From assembly GCF_001194135.2 (NCBI RefSeq), contig NC_068983.1, forward strand, positions 143,222,394 to 143,286,393: a stretch of 64,000 nucleotides of DNA. Direction: 5' to 3'. Numbering within the stretch: position 1 is the stretch's first letter; each line of letters starts with the position of its first letter. This document shows positions 35,763-50,289 of the stretch, in pieces. Below the pieces are notes generated by a model. The model saw only the letters and a program-made list of their open reading frames with translations, searched no databases and was not told where the DNA came from. The position numbers and the translations under genes were made by a program. The DNA is from Octopus bimaculoides (Eukaryota).

Positions 35763-38700
35763 CATATCTACATGTATTTTTATTTTCATATTTCCCTTTT
35801 TACTTTCTGTATCTCTCCCTTTCAAAATTAACTTATATAATGAACTCTACTAATTGCAACTCTCTTAACTCATCTCTGATGATGGGATATCATTTATTTC
35901 CCTGAAACAGCTGTAAGACTACCTTTCTCTTTATAAATGTCTTAAAAATATCACATTGCCTTGGCCTTATCATCTTATTTAACACACACACATGACATCA
36001 CTTATCTGGCATATATGTATGCCTGTTTGTCTCTTGTCTTTTTATTATATGCTCAAACTATACATTTCTTATAGCCAATCTTGTTCTGCAGATGCAGTGT
36101 TCATCTATTATTTGCTTATACTAGTGTCTTCTCACCCATTGAATATATATAAATATTACTTTGATTTGGAGTAAGGAGTGACCCGCAAAGGCTCATTGAA
36201 ATCAGATAGATGAGAGATCTTCAGTGAAGCGTGTAGAACAGGAAACATGTAGGTATATATCTAAAACTAAAGAGAAACCTGTTAAAAAAGATTTAAAGTG
36301 AAACAGGATCATTTTAGAAGATTTTAAGCATTTCAGAAATGGTTTGTGGAAGCAGGAAGAAATGGAACCTAGCGGAAAGGGGAAAACTGTGCAGATGTTA
36401 TAAAGGATTGACAGCATGTATAGATCATGGAAAGTTGCAATTAGCCAAAGAGTGTATCTACATGCTTGGAGATGGAGAAGTTAAGTATTAACTTACAGTA
36501 AGTCCTGAAGCAACAAGAAAAAGACAAGATAGTAACCTCAGAATATTCAAGATCTATGAAGTTATTAGTAGAGGTGAAATAATACATTGACATAAAACAG
36601 AATAAGTTTAGAGCACACACACACTTTATATATACAATGAGTATACAGGGATAAATTATCCAAGTGGGTACTATAAGTGCTCAAAGGAATAGTCCAGGTT
36701 TTTGGCTTACTATATCAAGTAGTAAGAAGCACCAAAGATTGCTTAGGGTGAGCAATCCCACTGTAATTCTTCTGATGGTTAAAGCCAGGGTTGGCTCCCG
36801 AAAATGCGTGTGTGTGTGTGTGTGTGTGTGTGTGCATGTTTGTTTTCCAAGTTGAAAGTTAAAAAATTGGAAATGAAGATCACTTTAAATACTCATTGGT
36901 CTATATTTTGTAAAAAGAAATACTATTTAGAGTTGTAGTAAATAAATCATGAAAAGTGCTATTGTCACCATATTTTTTACCACATTATAAAATGTTAAAT
37001 TCACTTTTAATTTATTTCATGAGGTGAGTTTTGGTTGAACTATGTCAATGACCAGGTTACAGTTGTGGGACACATATTTGACTCCTTATGAAATATATTC
37101 AAAAGTGAATTCAACAGTTTGTGTGTGTTATAAATGGCTGGAATGGCTTTTCCATAGCGTAACTGCAATATTTTGATAGGTTATTTTAAGCATGTAATAA
37201 GAGCAAGTGTTATAATTTGACAGACACACACAGACATGGGGTATTTCCTGTGTGAACAGTTAGGTGCACAACTGCTATTAATGATTCAGCATCCAATTGC
37301 ACTTTGAAACTTACTGCAGATGATGCAAATAACCACAATGGTGAAATGAGCACAAGATAGAAATGATATAAACTACATCTTGTGTTTATCATGCTTTTCC
37401 ATATGTATGTAAGAGAGGGAGTTGTCTAATGTAGTGTAGTGATATGAAATATGTATTGTAAGTGATATGAAATATGTAGCAAATAGAAAATAATGTATGA
37501 ACAATTTCTAAATAACAGCCAAAAGGTGAGATAGATTTAAAACAAGTGAGAACAATATATTTCAATATGACAACAATATATTTGAGTAAAAAAACAACTT
37601 AAATGCTCTTACTAGTTGAAAGTTCAAGCTACATTTAAAGAAATATTTTAATTCAATATGAAGTTCTATGTTTAGTGAATACTATAATAATAGATAATGT
37701 GTGTGTGTGTGTATGTGCGAATATATATATATTTCATTGAAAATAGAATAACAAAACTATCATCTTGGGAAAACTATAAGAATAAGTATAGAGAAAATCT
37801 ATTTTGGACAATTGAAACAGAAGGAATTAAAAAAAAAAAAAATCAATGTGTTTGGCAGAATATTTTGAGAACATTTGTAAGATGTAATCTGGTTTTGACA
37901 AATTGTGTAGCAGTCAACAATAAAGGATAAACAAAACAGAATAGCCAGAGTAAAACATCCAAATCGCCCACAAAAAAGCCCCAACAAAACAACCACTGTT
38001 AAAATGGAGACAACATATTTTAAAGTATTTTTAATCTTAAGAGCATAGCCATGATTAGAATGCTGATCAGACAATGAACTTTGACTAAAATCAGCATAGT
38101 ACACACACACACACAGTTGTCCAATCTGTAATATTAAATTAATGCAGGCTATGACATAAATGTGAAACTTGAGCTGCCAAGAATTGCTTCATTTTTGATG
38201 CAGCTTGCTAACAAACACACACAACAACTATAGTCATTATCTAGTGCTGTAATCCTTAAGACAGCCATTAGTATATACATACATAATGCAAACACATAAA
38301 CACATACATGGAGAAATAAATCTTGGTAAAGACAGCTGCTATAATTAATATCGTTGTCTTGATTATATAATTGCTTTCTGTGTGTGTGCATCTTACATCA
38401 AGTCTCTTTGTATCAGTCATTAAAGATTTATACAGTATTCATTATTATGTTTTAATGTTTACTACTACCATTACTACTATCACTACCATCTGTTTTCCAT
38501 TTAGCTTTGAAGTCTAACAAAATACTTCAATTCAAAAGATTACCAAGCCATGAGACAATCAACAATGTTTTGGAAGACATCTTGAAGCTTGAGATATGAC
38601 TTGGCAATGGGAAAAGATGGTGGAATATTTATGAAAATATTGAAGATTTTTTCCAATTTCAGAATATTTTTCTGGATAGAATAAAATATGAAAAGTAGTT

Positions 38701-38840
38701 ATTGTTGCTCCTGGCCCAAGGAAGTATTTAAATTTGATATGGCAAGCTAACAAAATACTCTTTAATTGCATCAATAAACGATACTTATGAAGATATCTAT
38801 TTACAGCTATGTGGACTGGGCTGATGAATGCTGTGTCTGG

Positions 38841-39121
38841 AATAACAAACCAACCATCAATCAGCTGAGACAACAAACTAACTTTCAATTAGTTGGGTCA
38901 ATAAACCAATAACTTTTGACCAGCAAGGAGAACAAACCAATTTTTGACTAGCTGAGATAATAAACCAATCATTGATCAGTTGAGATAATAAACCAATCAT
39001 TGACCAGCAAGGATAACAAACCAGTAATTTCTGATCAGCAGAGGTAACAATCCAATCTGATCAGCAGGGGTAATAATCCAATCTGATCAGCAGGGGTAAC
39101 AATCCAATCTGATCGGCAAAA
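38841..39121. repeat. Minisatellite, 10 units of 26-31 bp
   Basis: Unit of about gataacaaaccaatcattgaccagctga, drifting to ggtaacaatccaatctgatcagcagg in the last three copies. Confidence 0.85.
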
Positions 39122-39514
39122 ACAACATATTGATTTAGTTTCATAAATGGTTTAACATTTATCAAATTATTTTATATACAAATTATACGTCATCTAATCA
39201 GTTTATCAATTTGTTCGTTGAAGGAAGTGGAGCAACAGCTATAGTAACTTCAAACAACATTTGAATAGGAGATCACTCATTGAAAGTTGGTACAGTTTAA
39301 CTTTTAATAGGATTGTTGTCAATGGAAAACCTGGGTAGAAAGTAAGTTTCATGATAACTAAAGCATTACTAGTCATTGATCTCTTGATTAGGTAACAAAG
39401 TTGATGTTTGTGAGGAAAGCTAGAGTCTAAAGATTTATCTCCCTACACACATACACATACACATGAGTGTGTGTGTATATCATCTGTGTGTGTGTGTGGG
39501 GGGGGGTGTTGCAG

Positions 39515-39740
39515 GAATGACTGGATGGTTAAGAAGTTAACTTTGCAATCTTAAGGTTCCATCTTATGACATGGCATCTTGGACAAGCATCTTTTACCAG
39601 TCTCAGTTTGTCTTTTGAGGGAAACCTGGTAAGTGGAACAGTGCAGAAGTCTATACAAGGAATTGTAACTGTTATTCAAAGAACAAGTTTTGCCACACAC
39701 TGTATGTCCCACTGTCTCTACCTCTTGATTACTTTAATTG
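39515..39740 (+). mobile_element. Degenerate tRNA-headed SINE
   Basis: 'gactggatggttaagaag..ggttccatc..catcttggacaagcatctttt' has the head architecture of the other SINEs. Confidence 0.45.
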
Positions 39741-41039
39741 TACAAGTATCTGTAAGATATCCAGCCACTTAAACTACAGCTTAATAAATAAGCAATTTAA
39801 TTCTATCTGTGAGCATTCAGTCTTCTTAGAAGTTTGTAGGAATATATTAATGTTCGGGAAGACAGCGCTTAGCAGTGATGTGTATAAATACAAGCTTGTT
39901 ACTATTTGTTGACAAATGGATGTAAATGCACTGAATCAGCTTGCAGTACCTCTTAACCAGACTGTGGGATGCATGCATTTTACAGTAATTATCTCTTCTT
40001 CAGTTTGTATCTATTCACATCAATGCTCAGTGCTGTCAACCCATAGCTTATTTACGATGAGCTGCCAAACAGCGCTACTAGTAACTGAATGATGATGGGA
40101 ATATCATAAGAGAGATAGTCTCTAATGTCAGCTAGCAGTGCTGCCTTGTCCAGTTTTTGTGACTGAAGAGGAGGTACCTATTCTGAATTGCATGCATCCC
40201 AGTCTGGTCAGGTGGTGCTGCAAGCTGATTCGGTATATTTATGCCCATTTGTCAGCAAACAGAAATTTTCTCAATGACAAAACACAGTGGATGGCTTTCT
40301 TACAGGTTCAAATATACCTCAAGCACATTTCAACTGGTAACAAGTTTGTAATTATTTAATGTGTTTTTAAGATAGTAGGGAGACATTTAAAAATTTAACT
40401 GCTTTTTCTAACAGGTCAAACAATCCCAGGAGACTTCTTTCTTGGCACATTATTATTGTTTAGCCTGATGCTAATAATTCAAATTTATCATTATCATTGT
40501 TGTTGTGTAGTTATTTGCTTGGTTACACTGCTGAAAGACTGGGTTTTTCAACAAACTCATTATTTCCACCCAAACTTTTACTTATGTAGTTAAGTCTCAC
40601 AGAGCAAAAAATATTTCCTTTTAATCCTTAAGTAAATATGGAGACATTGCAAATAAGAGAAGTCAACAACTTTATCTGAAAGAAACACATTAACATCATG
40701 ACTAAATTTGTTGTAGAACTATGATAACTTAAAGCAGATAGATTTCCTAGTGTGTGTGTACATGTGTTAGTTGAATGGTATCTTCTAGTCATGTGAAGAA
40801 GGAATACTAACCAGTTCTTCAACTATACAATTCATTCATTATTTCTTTATAAAAAGACCCAACTTGTTTTACTAATAGATTTTTTTTTTAATGTAATAAT
40901 GTCAAACTTTAACATAACTTCAGTGTTATGATGATGAGAGCTATGAAAAGAATAATAATGAAAATAATGATTTTTAACACAAAGCTGAGTTTACAGCATG
41001 AAGGTTGAAATGAAATAAAAAAAAACAAAAGCGAAACAG

Positions 41040-41550
41040 AAAAAAAATCACAAATTTTGGAGAGTGAATGGTTGATTAAATCGACCCACTACTTGATTGA
41101 GTTATTAATAAAATTGTCTACTGGAGCATTTGGATTCAGAATGTAAAAAATATGAAACTAAATATCACAAGTCATTTAGTTCTATACCTCTTTTTTCATA
41201 AATATTTTTTTCCCTGCCAAGTCAGAAAGGGAAGGACAGCATCTGTGACCTTTTACTTTTTTGGGGCCTCTAAGGCTAGTGAAGAAGTTACTTTAAGACC
41301 AGACACTTGGACCAATGCTCACAACAGAGTGAATTCTGCTAAAGGAATCTAAGTTGTCAGATAGTGGAATTGAACCAGGCAATGGATTAACTCTACCAAT
41401 CAGATAGGCCATAGCAGGATTTGAACTCAAAATGTAAATAACCAGAACAAGGAATCTTGTCTGACATTAACAATTTCTACTAATCCACTGCCTTGGGCTG
41501 GTACTTTATTATACTGAGCGTGAAAGGATGAAAAGTAAAATTGACCACAG
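41040..41550 (-). mobile_element. Two degenerate family-A SINE fragments (about 41040-41130 and 41410-41550)
   Basis: 'ttaaatcgaccc', 'ggatttgaactc', 'ggtactttatt..gaaaggatgaaaag'. Confidence 0.5.
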
Positions 41551-42048
41551 AGAGCCAAAACTACAACTCCTTCACTCTGTCAAATCACTACCTTCTGTAA
41601 GTATGGAAGTGTGTGTGTGTGTATGCATGTGTATATAACATCCATCTTCCATGTAGGTATGAGTGCTTACACTCATATGCATGCACACACAATTCCACCA
41701 TCCATAACTTCTTATACATAGGAAGAAAGGTGAAGTTACTTCCAAAAGCTGGATTAAAAGAGATAGAAATAAAAGAAAAAATAAAGAGACTTAACTGTAC
41801 AATGATATTAAATGATAATGAAACTTTAACGAGCTGTATTATAAAAAAAAACAATAATATCAATTCCCAAATGCAAATACTTTTATACATTTACCTTCAT
41901 TATTGTCAACAACACACAGGAAATAAAAAAATATACTGAAATTGATTATTCCGAAATATACATGTAGACCTAACTGGATTCCATAAATCATTGTTTCAAA
42001 AGAAATGCATCATTTATATCAAAGAAGACATACAAGTACAAGATATAT

Positions 42049-42111
42049 NNNNNNNNNNNNNNNNNNNNNNNNNNNNNNNNNNNNNNNNNNNNNNNNNNNN
42101 NNNNNNNNNNN
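42049..42111. other. Assembly gap (63 N) inside an (AT)n tract
   Basis: Run of N flanked by atat on both sides. Confidence 1.
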
Positions 42112-45100
42112 TATATATATATATATATATATGCACACACACACACACACACATAACTACAATGATACAGTTAGGCAAATGTTAAACTTACTTTAAAACA
42201 TTTAATAATCTAAGACTTTGGATGAAAATACCTCTTTATAAAGAGTGATAAGACTAGAAAATGCCTCTGGATTTGGTGCACAAGACACAGTGCACCAAAT
42301 GCAGTGATTGCTACAATGACTGCATGGTTCAACACATTTGCATAAAAAAACAACTCCATACAAACACTCCTCATCAGCCAAAAAGCAGCTACATAAATAT
42401 CAGAACCATGATCATGGTTACCTATTTGAGCTGCAAGATCAAAATGCCAGGAACTTTAAGATCAAAGGAGCTATTCTCATCAGACAACACAAACCAGCCA
42501 TCAATGATTAATAAGAATTAAACAATGCTCATTGGCTAATCTAGCCATTCCCACTGTTCTTCATACAACACAGCTTTTGACCCTGCTTTTTCTTTAGACT
42601 TGTAGCTTTTAACCTACTCACTGACAATAGATTCCTGGTAAAATAACTCTGAAACCTACTTTATGCAACATCATTTGCAACCCAGCAGCCACCATAATTT
42701 GCATCTGAACCAAATTAAGTGTGTTAAATATGCAAATACTCATTCCATATCTTGCTTTAAATGGTGCAAATAACTTTTTATCAGTTGGAAGATATAAGCA
42801 CTGATCAGGAAACAGCTTGTTCACTGAAAGTATAAATAAAGCCAGCAGCTTAGCTTTAGTTTTTTGACTGATGAGAGACAACATATCAAAAAACTGGTAT
42901 TCCAGAATGCCATGTGCCATTGAGATGAGTGTGTTGAACACACTGATGTCATAAAAAGGATATAAGACATACACTGTAGTGTCTGAACCTGCTTAGACAT
43001 GTTAAGAATAAGCAGATATTCACTCCAAAATTATTCATACCTCAACATTTAATTTACCATTTCATACAGACTAGAAACTGTAAAGAATCTAAATGTGTTC
43101 TGTTCTTATCACTCTTTGTAGAAGATTGACCTGGAATATGTAATATTTTAGCATAACAGTTTAATCTTTGCTCTCATTTATACTTACTCTAACTACATTG
43201 CTGCAACTTTCTAAATCCCTACTTTATTTTTTTAATATTCTGTAATGCTTCAAGCAAATTGCAATACTTATATATATATATATATATTCAATTTTACAAA
43301 TGTGAGAAATATAACTCAATACATGAAAGAGCATTTATATATATATATTTTTACTAATAGAGAGGCTATAGTAACTCAAGAACTTAGAATTTTATGCCAA
43401 CATACTTAGCTTGTTAAATACATTGGCATCAAAGTAGATTCTTGAGACGCTATATCTTTGGCTAATAAAATATTATTGGTATAGTCAGTGTATGAACTAA
43501 TGCATTATTATCAATAGTTTCATGATAGTTAAGTAATCATCAAATAATATAAAACTAGTGACTGTCCATAAAAACACACTGACTAACATGAATTTGTAGA
43601 ATGCATGAATGGATTTCAGTTATTTGCCATGACTGAGACATTACAAAGAGCACAATTTTATTGAAATCTCTTGGCTGAGCTGGGGAATTTCTTTTACATT
43701 TTACAAAATAAAAAAGGCTTTGAAAGAATGTCTGAAATCATTCATGGATTAGGGAGTTCTTAAAAAGAGTTTGTTGAGGGTTAGCAGAAAAATAGTATTT
43801 AGGGTATTGTGAAAATATACATAAAACAAAACTAATAAATAAAAAGGGGTATATGATAGATCAACATTAGTTTGCTTAATCAAGAGCTGGTGTGCATTTC
43901 CAAAATCTTAGCTATTAGCGAAAGTGGTGGCAATTTTATTGGGATTGCTGATGTTCAAGATTAGTCCTTTTCTCAGCTATACATAAATTGCACGCTTCAG
44001 ACCTGTTGATACATGGTCTATTCCTATCTAAAATTTTCTACTTTAAGTTAGAGTCAGTGGCATGCTCTTTTAAATACCAGACATATCTATTTTATCATAT
44101 TCCTTTTTCTTTGAAGGCTAATGTGTGGTTGAAGTAATACTATTTAAAACTGCCTTCCACCATATCAATGTAGTTTTTACACCCTATAGTGTGGTTTGTT
44201 TTAGTAGAGCTTACTATGAGTTAATTCATACATTTACTATACCTATACACACACATCTTATACAGGCACACACATGTAGAAAAATTTGATAAGCATCAAT
44301 ATTAAAGACCAATAATAAATTTCTTTTCAGAAATACTTTACGAAAATAACATGCTGACAAGTATTACAAGAGTTTTTTTTTTTAAATATCTCACGCTGAA
44401 AATTTGAAACAAGGCAATCTGAAATATGTTTCAAACATTATTCATGATGATATTATAATAATAAATCATCATTAATAATAATAATGATGATGATAAACAA
44501 TAAAATAATATTTTCATTCTTTTTATAAAATAAAATTGTGAACAGAAATAAATGAAAAAATAAATTTAAACTTTTCATGAAAAAAATTTAGATTCCTTTA
44601 TCAAAAAATTATATTAACAAAAACAATAATGAGATTCAATATACAAATTGCTATAGAAGCTTAATATCAGTATGTATTTGTGTGTGCATGTATGTGTGTA
44701 TGTATGTATATAAATAAAATCATTATGTTTATGTTAAAAGAGCATTCATCATTTTGCTTGAGAGTAAAGCACACATAAGCTAAGACCATGCAAATCAAGT
44801 TTTGACATGGGCACAAAGCCTTAGATATATAATGGGCACAGCAAATGAGATTGTGTGATGTGCATGCCTTTTCAAGAGACATAAATGATGTGTGAAATGA
44901 AATGTCTGGCTACAACTGGGAATTTAAACTGGGTTGCAGACTTCACCAATAGCTTGTCTCTACTCTGATGCTTGCTGAGGGAAGGACCATGCAAACAATG
45001 ATATCACTACAAAGAACGGTCAAGTTGGTCTTAATCAAAAGCATAGGATACATTTGAGAAGTGCTTTTAAAGGATAAGTCAGAAGCCATGGAAAAAGAAA

Positions 45101-48100
45101 AGCAGAATAAATTTTCAAACAGTTTGTTGGTAAAAAAAATAATCTAATGAACCTGATTAATATATAAGAATTTTGATTCTAGATCTGAAGAATCTAAATT
45201 CAGTTGCTAAGATGAGAATTTAACTCCAATGATAATCACAGCTAAATTTCTAGATTTGATATCGAAACTGAGACTAAATTCAACTTCATTATCAAAACCA
45301 GAATTTTAAATTCAACAGTTTCAAGGCCGAGTCCTTAAAATTTATTACAATATTAAATTTAGTACCCTAAATTTAACCTCAGAGTTGAAAATAAATCCAA
45401 TAATAAATCCTAGCTGGGTATTTAAATTCAACTTCAGAGCTGTTGTCCTAAAGTCAGATATAACTAAACCAGAGACTTTAACATAGTGATGATATGATCA
45501 GAACTATATTTCAAATCTTTGAAAGAATATTGAAGGCTTAACAATAAAACTGAGACCTTAAATTCAATATCACTAGAAATGAATACTTAGATTTGACTAT
45601 ACTTTTTTTTAAATATTCAGAATTTCAAACTAATTTATAGATTTGGTTACTAAGTACTAAAATTAGTCCAATTGCCAAATCTAAAAGGATTCTATATTAT
45701 GGTTATTAGTGTTGTTATGGAATGATCAACTGCAAAAGAATTGTTGACTGCAAATAACTATAACAATTCAAGGAATAGAAAGACTTTGTAATTAAGATCA
45801 CAGATTATAAAATTCTAGAAAACTAAAATTTGTTTTTTCCTGTCATTAAATTCAAAGACATGAACCAGATGACAACAGTTTTTTGCATGGAGAATATGCC
45901 AGAAAATTGTATAAGAGTGGTATAATCAACTGAATTGATTTATGCCTGAGATTTGATAAAATTTTGAAGAATAAAAGGCAGATATGACTGCCATGAAAAT
46001 TTGACTAAAGATCTGAAGTTTGAAACAACATATTCTAAAGCATTTAATTTCTGTTACTTCACTACTACTGTCATGAAGATAATTTATAGGCATGCAGATT
46101 TAGTAATACTTAAAAGGAGAAAAAAATGTTTGGTAATCACTTAAAGAAATTTAACATCAACAGAAGAAATCCGAAATTAATAGTTAGTTAAAGTCAAAGA
46201 ATACAAAAAAAAAAAAGAAAGAAATACTATGAGTAATCTGTTTTAAATAAAATATAAACCATACAAAACAAAAAGAAACAGGCAACTGTAGCAATTAATA
46301 CTATAAAAGATTAACCAAAATTAAGCCATCTTAGAACTGAAACAGGTTGATGAATATAAGTAATTTAGACATCACATTCTTTAGTAAAGAGAGCTTGGTG
46401 GTGGTGATGAGGTGTAAAAATATCTGGCTTCAATATTGGAGAAGTTGGTGGACAAAGTTATGATTTTACAAGGCAGACTACCTTTAAGAGCAGGATAGGA
46501 CAAAGAGCATATCTCATGCAACAAATTAGTTTGAAAAAAATTTAATAGAACAAGAACATCCATTATGGGCGGCCACATTTCCCTTTCCCCACTCCCAACT
46601 ATTTGCTAAATAAAGGATGGAATTAAATGAATACTACTTCACATAAGCATGAAATCATAAAGGTAGTGTACTTTAAAGACCTATCATTTTGAATTGATTC
46701 TATTTGGAAATAAAATTTAAAAATTGAAGGTAATATTACATAAAAACTGTTTAATATCAGTATTATGTCTCAAATACTCACAAGGCAGATGGTTAGGTCA
46801 ATAGGGTGCAGGATAACCATGACATATTAGCAATTTATATTGTCACTGCTACAGTATTGTTCCTGAGGCCAATAACCAAGCTCACCTAGCTCTTAGTAGG
46901 CATCAGGTGAAGGTCCCTAAAATACTGGTGATGTTTATGTCAAGCATGACAAGCTCAAGCACAACTTGTCTATTATGAAGGACACTTTAGAGGCAAGACA
47001 GTACACACAAGATCTGTGAAGACAAATTCAGCTAAAATTAAATTTATTCTGAAGCATCTCCAACTCAAAATTCTTTTACTCTATCAATAACCCCCAAATT
47101 TCATCTGATCTTTCTCTGCAGTGCTACAATTGCAAGAATTGATGAATAATTCTTTTATAGAATGTCTATTATTTTTAGTTAAAAACCAATTTCCTCAAAC
47201 CAATCCTAGATCTAAGCAAAACTGACCCATAAAAGAATAAGCCCATAAGAAAATGGCACAATATTGCAAAATTTTTAAGTGCAAACAAATGTGATAGGCA
47301 ATGGTCAGAAAATCTTTTAACAGACTGAGTCTTTCACAGTTCTGGCCAAATACTTATATGCAGCCACCACCCAACAGGAGGCAGAAGTACAGTACTTTAT
47401 CACTCAAGTGGTCATTACTCCCTCACTAAAAAAAAACCTAATAAAGAATATAACTTTGCTCAATATATCCAGGTTGTTACACTATGCCCCATACAATTAA
47501 TTACTATCCAAATATACATGATTTAGGCATGTATATCTGGGACAACAAATGTTATTTGGTCAATGATCTGCATGCTACAGATCTGCTTCATCAGAGCTGA
47601 CCTGTCCATCACAACAATAACAAAAATTACTGATAGATAAATACAAAGGGGTTAATTAGGCCACCCACAAACAAAAATTGTAATTTAGTCAAACAAGACA
47701 TTCAGAAGGTTAAAAAAAATTAGCAAGAGAAAGGGATAGTGGAAATGGATTGTTTAATATGTTAAGGGGATGCCACTGATGGAAGAGACAAGTATCTTAG
47801 GACTACATACGAGTACAAGGGTTGCAGCTGCATGTGGGAGCCTTTGCCCTGTGACTGATAGGAGGTATACGAGTCAAATCCTCCAATGAAATCGACTGGA
47901 ACAGAGAACAAGAAAATCAGCTAAAACACAGCATTTAAGTTATCAAAATTTTTTCAAATCCCCCCCCAAAATCAAAGAGTTCCAGATTAATAAAAAAAAA
48001 ATCTCATGTACAATCAAAGAAAAGTGCTTTTGAAATGAATAAAATAACAGACAAGACACATACTGATAAATAAACGTAAAGGCAGATTTTTTTTTAACAG

Positions 48101-48197
48101 TAAACTTTTCTGTTTGCTCCTTTATGTAACATTTTCATAAATACTACAAGCAATAAAATATATCCATTCAATGTTGTTGCTCCAGTTTCAGTAGAGA

Positions 48198-48202
48198 ATA
48201 TA

Positions 48203-48254
<52 letters not shown>

Positions 48255-48304
48255 CATATATATATATTATATATACATATATATATTATATATACATATA
48301 TATA
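48198..48304. repeat. Interrupted (AT)n microsatellite
   Basis: Direct. Confidence 0.95.
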
Positions 48305-49379
48305 AAGAACATTAAGTCATGGCTTGTATGAAATATTCTTCCCAAAAACTAAACCAGAAAAAACAGCAAATGTTTGAGAAAGATTATAAAATTCCCTTGG
48401 CATAAATAACTTTGAATAAAAAAGTTATTATACAAAGTTATCTAATTAAATATAATTGTGAAAACATAATAAAAAACAGATAAGTAACAAAATCAAAGTT
48501 TTACATCATACAACTTAATTCTGTCATGAAGTTCACTTGAATAAAATAACACAAAAAAACTAAGTTTTAAACCTTTCATTTGCTTTCATGCATACAAGAA
48601 TAGATATATGTATATACATAGAATTAAATCAACAGGAGAACCTGTTCAAAAATGCCCATTATTGTCCAAACTGACTTAGCCAAGTTAGGTTATATGTGGT
48701 ATATATATATATATATTATATACTGTTCCATCATTAGTGAGATCAACAAAAAAGTACTCCATCTAGTGAGTGACAAATGTAATTTAATAAGACAGGATTT
48801 AAATGTGAGCTACTATCAGTTTCATGCCTCTAAAAATACAATGGTCAGACATGCTTTAGTCCAAACAATTGCTTGGAAATAGATGGCATACTATACAAAC
48901 TTATCTAACGATTTTATTTTCAGAGGCATGAAACTAACAGTCACATGAATTTAAATCTTGTCTATTAAATAAGGTTATATATATAGAATTTTAGTTGAAG
49001 GGATCAATGACAGTACTTTATTTTTTAACCCTTGTACTTGCTTTATTGGTCTCTTTTTGCTGAACTGCTAATTCACAGCACATATACATACACACATATA
49101 TTAAAACAGAAATGAAGAGGAAAACTGTCTGGCAAGAATATACAAGGACATTTAATTTAGCTATATAATAAAAAGGTGTGTGTTTAACCTCACTCTCTCT
49201 CCAATGATGGAATGCTCGCCCTCTGGAATCTTCATTCAACACAATGTTCCAATAGCAGGGATATTCTAGAAAAAGCTGTTAGAGACTATGTACACCTTTT
49301 TATTATATAGCTAAATGAAATGTCCTTGTCAAGTCCTGCCAAACAGTCTGCCTCTTCATTTCTGTTTTAATAAATACCT

Positions 49380-49530
49380 GCCTGCTCAAAGGGAAGCCAC
49401 TTCTAGTCACTTTGGAACCCCATGCCAAAACAGATAAAAGGGCTTGGTACAGCCCCTTGGCTTGCCAGCTCTCATCAAACCAGCCAACCCAATCCAGCAT
49501 AGAAAACAGACATTAAATGATGATGATTTG
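49380..49530 (+). mobile_element. RTE-type tail fragment
   Basis: 'ccatgccaaaacaga..caaaccagccaacccaatccagcatagaaaacagacattaaatgatgatg'. Confidence 0.65.
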
Positions 49531-49622
49531 AGCACCGAAGGGCATTTCTTCAGACTGTGTCTCAAAAAATAATATTTTTTAGACTCAGTGTGAAGAAATG
49601 TAGTACATGGGTTCTTAAAAAG

Positions 49623-49724
<102 letters not shown>

Positions 49725-50277
49725 TTATTATGAACTCATTATATTCATACTGATATATATGTTCATAAAATGAATCTCCCATGTTATATTGAAACAATTG
49801 TAACTATAGAATTAAAAATACCATAAATTCCAATCTTTGATTTAAAACATAAATACATATCCCTGTATGTACCAAACTATCAGACGTTTTTTCCCACCGC
49901 TGATCACAATACATTTCTCATTGTTTTAGTTCTTCTCACACACACACACAGTGACTTAAAATCTGAGTTTCATGCATTGATACTTATCATAGTTCGATAA
50001 GTGTCAAAGCATGAAATTCGCAGCTCCTGAGTCACTCTTTTGTTTCTGCCTATTAAAAATATAATATATAGTCCTGTTTTAAGTTTTATTTTCCTGTTAG
50101 TCTCACCAAACACATATGTAATATTGCTAGATAACTGAAACTTCAGAGTTTTAGAAAGGAAAAAGTAGGAAAATTTCAATTTTTATACCTTTGTTGAATA
50201 TGTAACGACAAGATTACTAAAATTATTACTACAAGGAATTGAAATCAAATTGCAGTTTTCATTTAACAGAAGCTTAC

Positions 50278-50289
50278 CTGCATCATTAT
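50278..50289 (-). CDS. Candidate 12-nt microexon (phase 1-1: x-N-D-A)
   Basis: Minus strand reads ..gtcatcttttacAG|ATAATGATGCAG|GTaagc. Both splice sites are near consensus, the length preserves frame, and the phase matches the terminal exon. No transcript evidence. Confidence 0.4.

Noticed and set aside
36707-36767. Candidate minus-strand exon RITVGLLTLSNLWCFLLLDI (ends |gtaagc)
   Set aside because: It can be chained in phase with other candidates, but the acceptor is mediocre and such chains are easy to build by chance. No independent support.
42049-42111. ORFs spanning the N run
   Set aside because: Assembly gap artefact.
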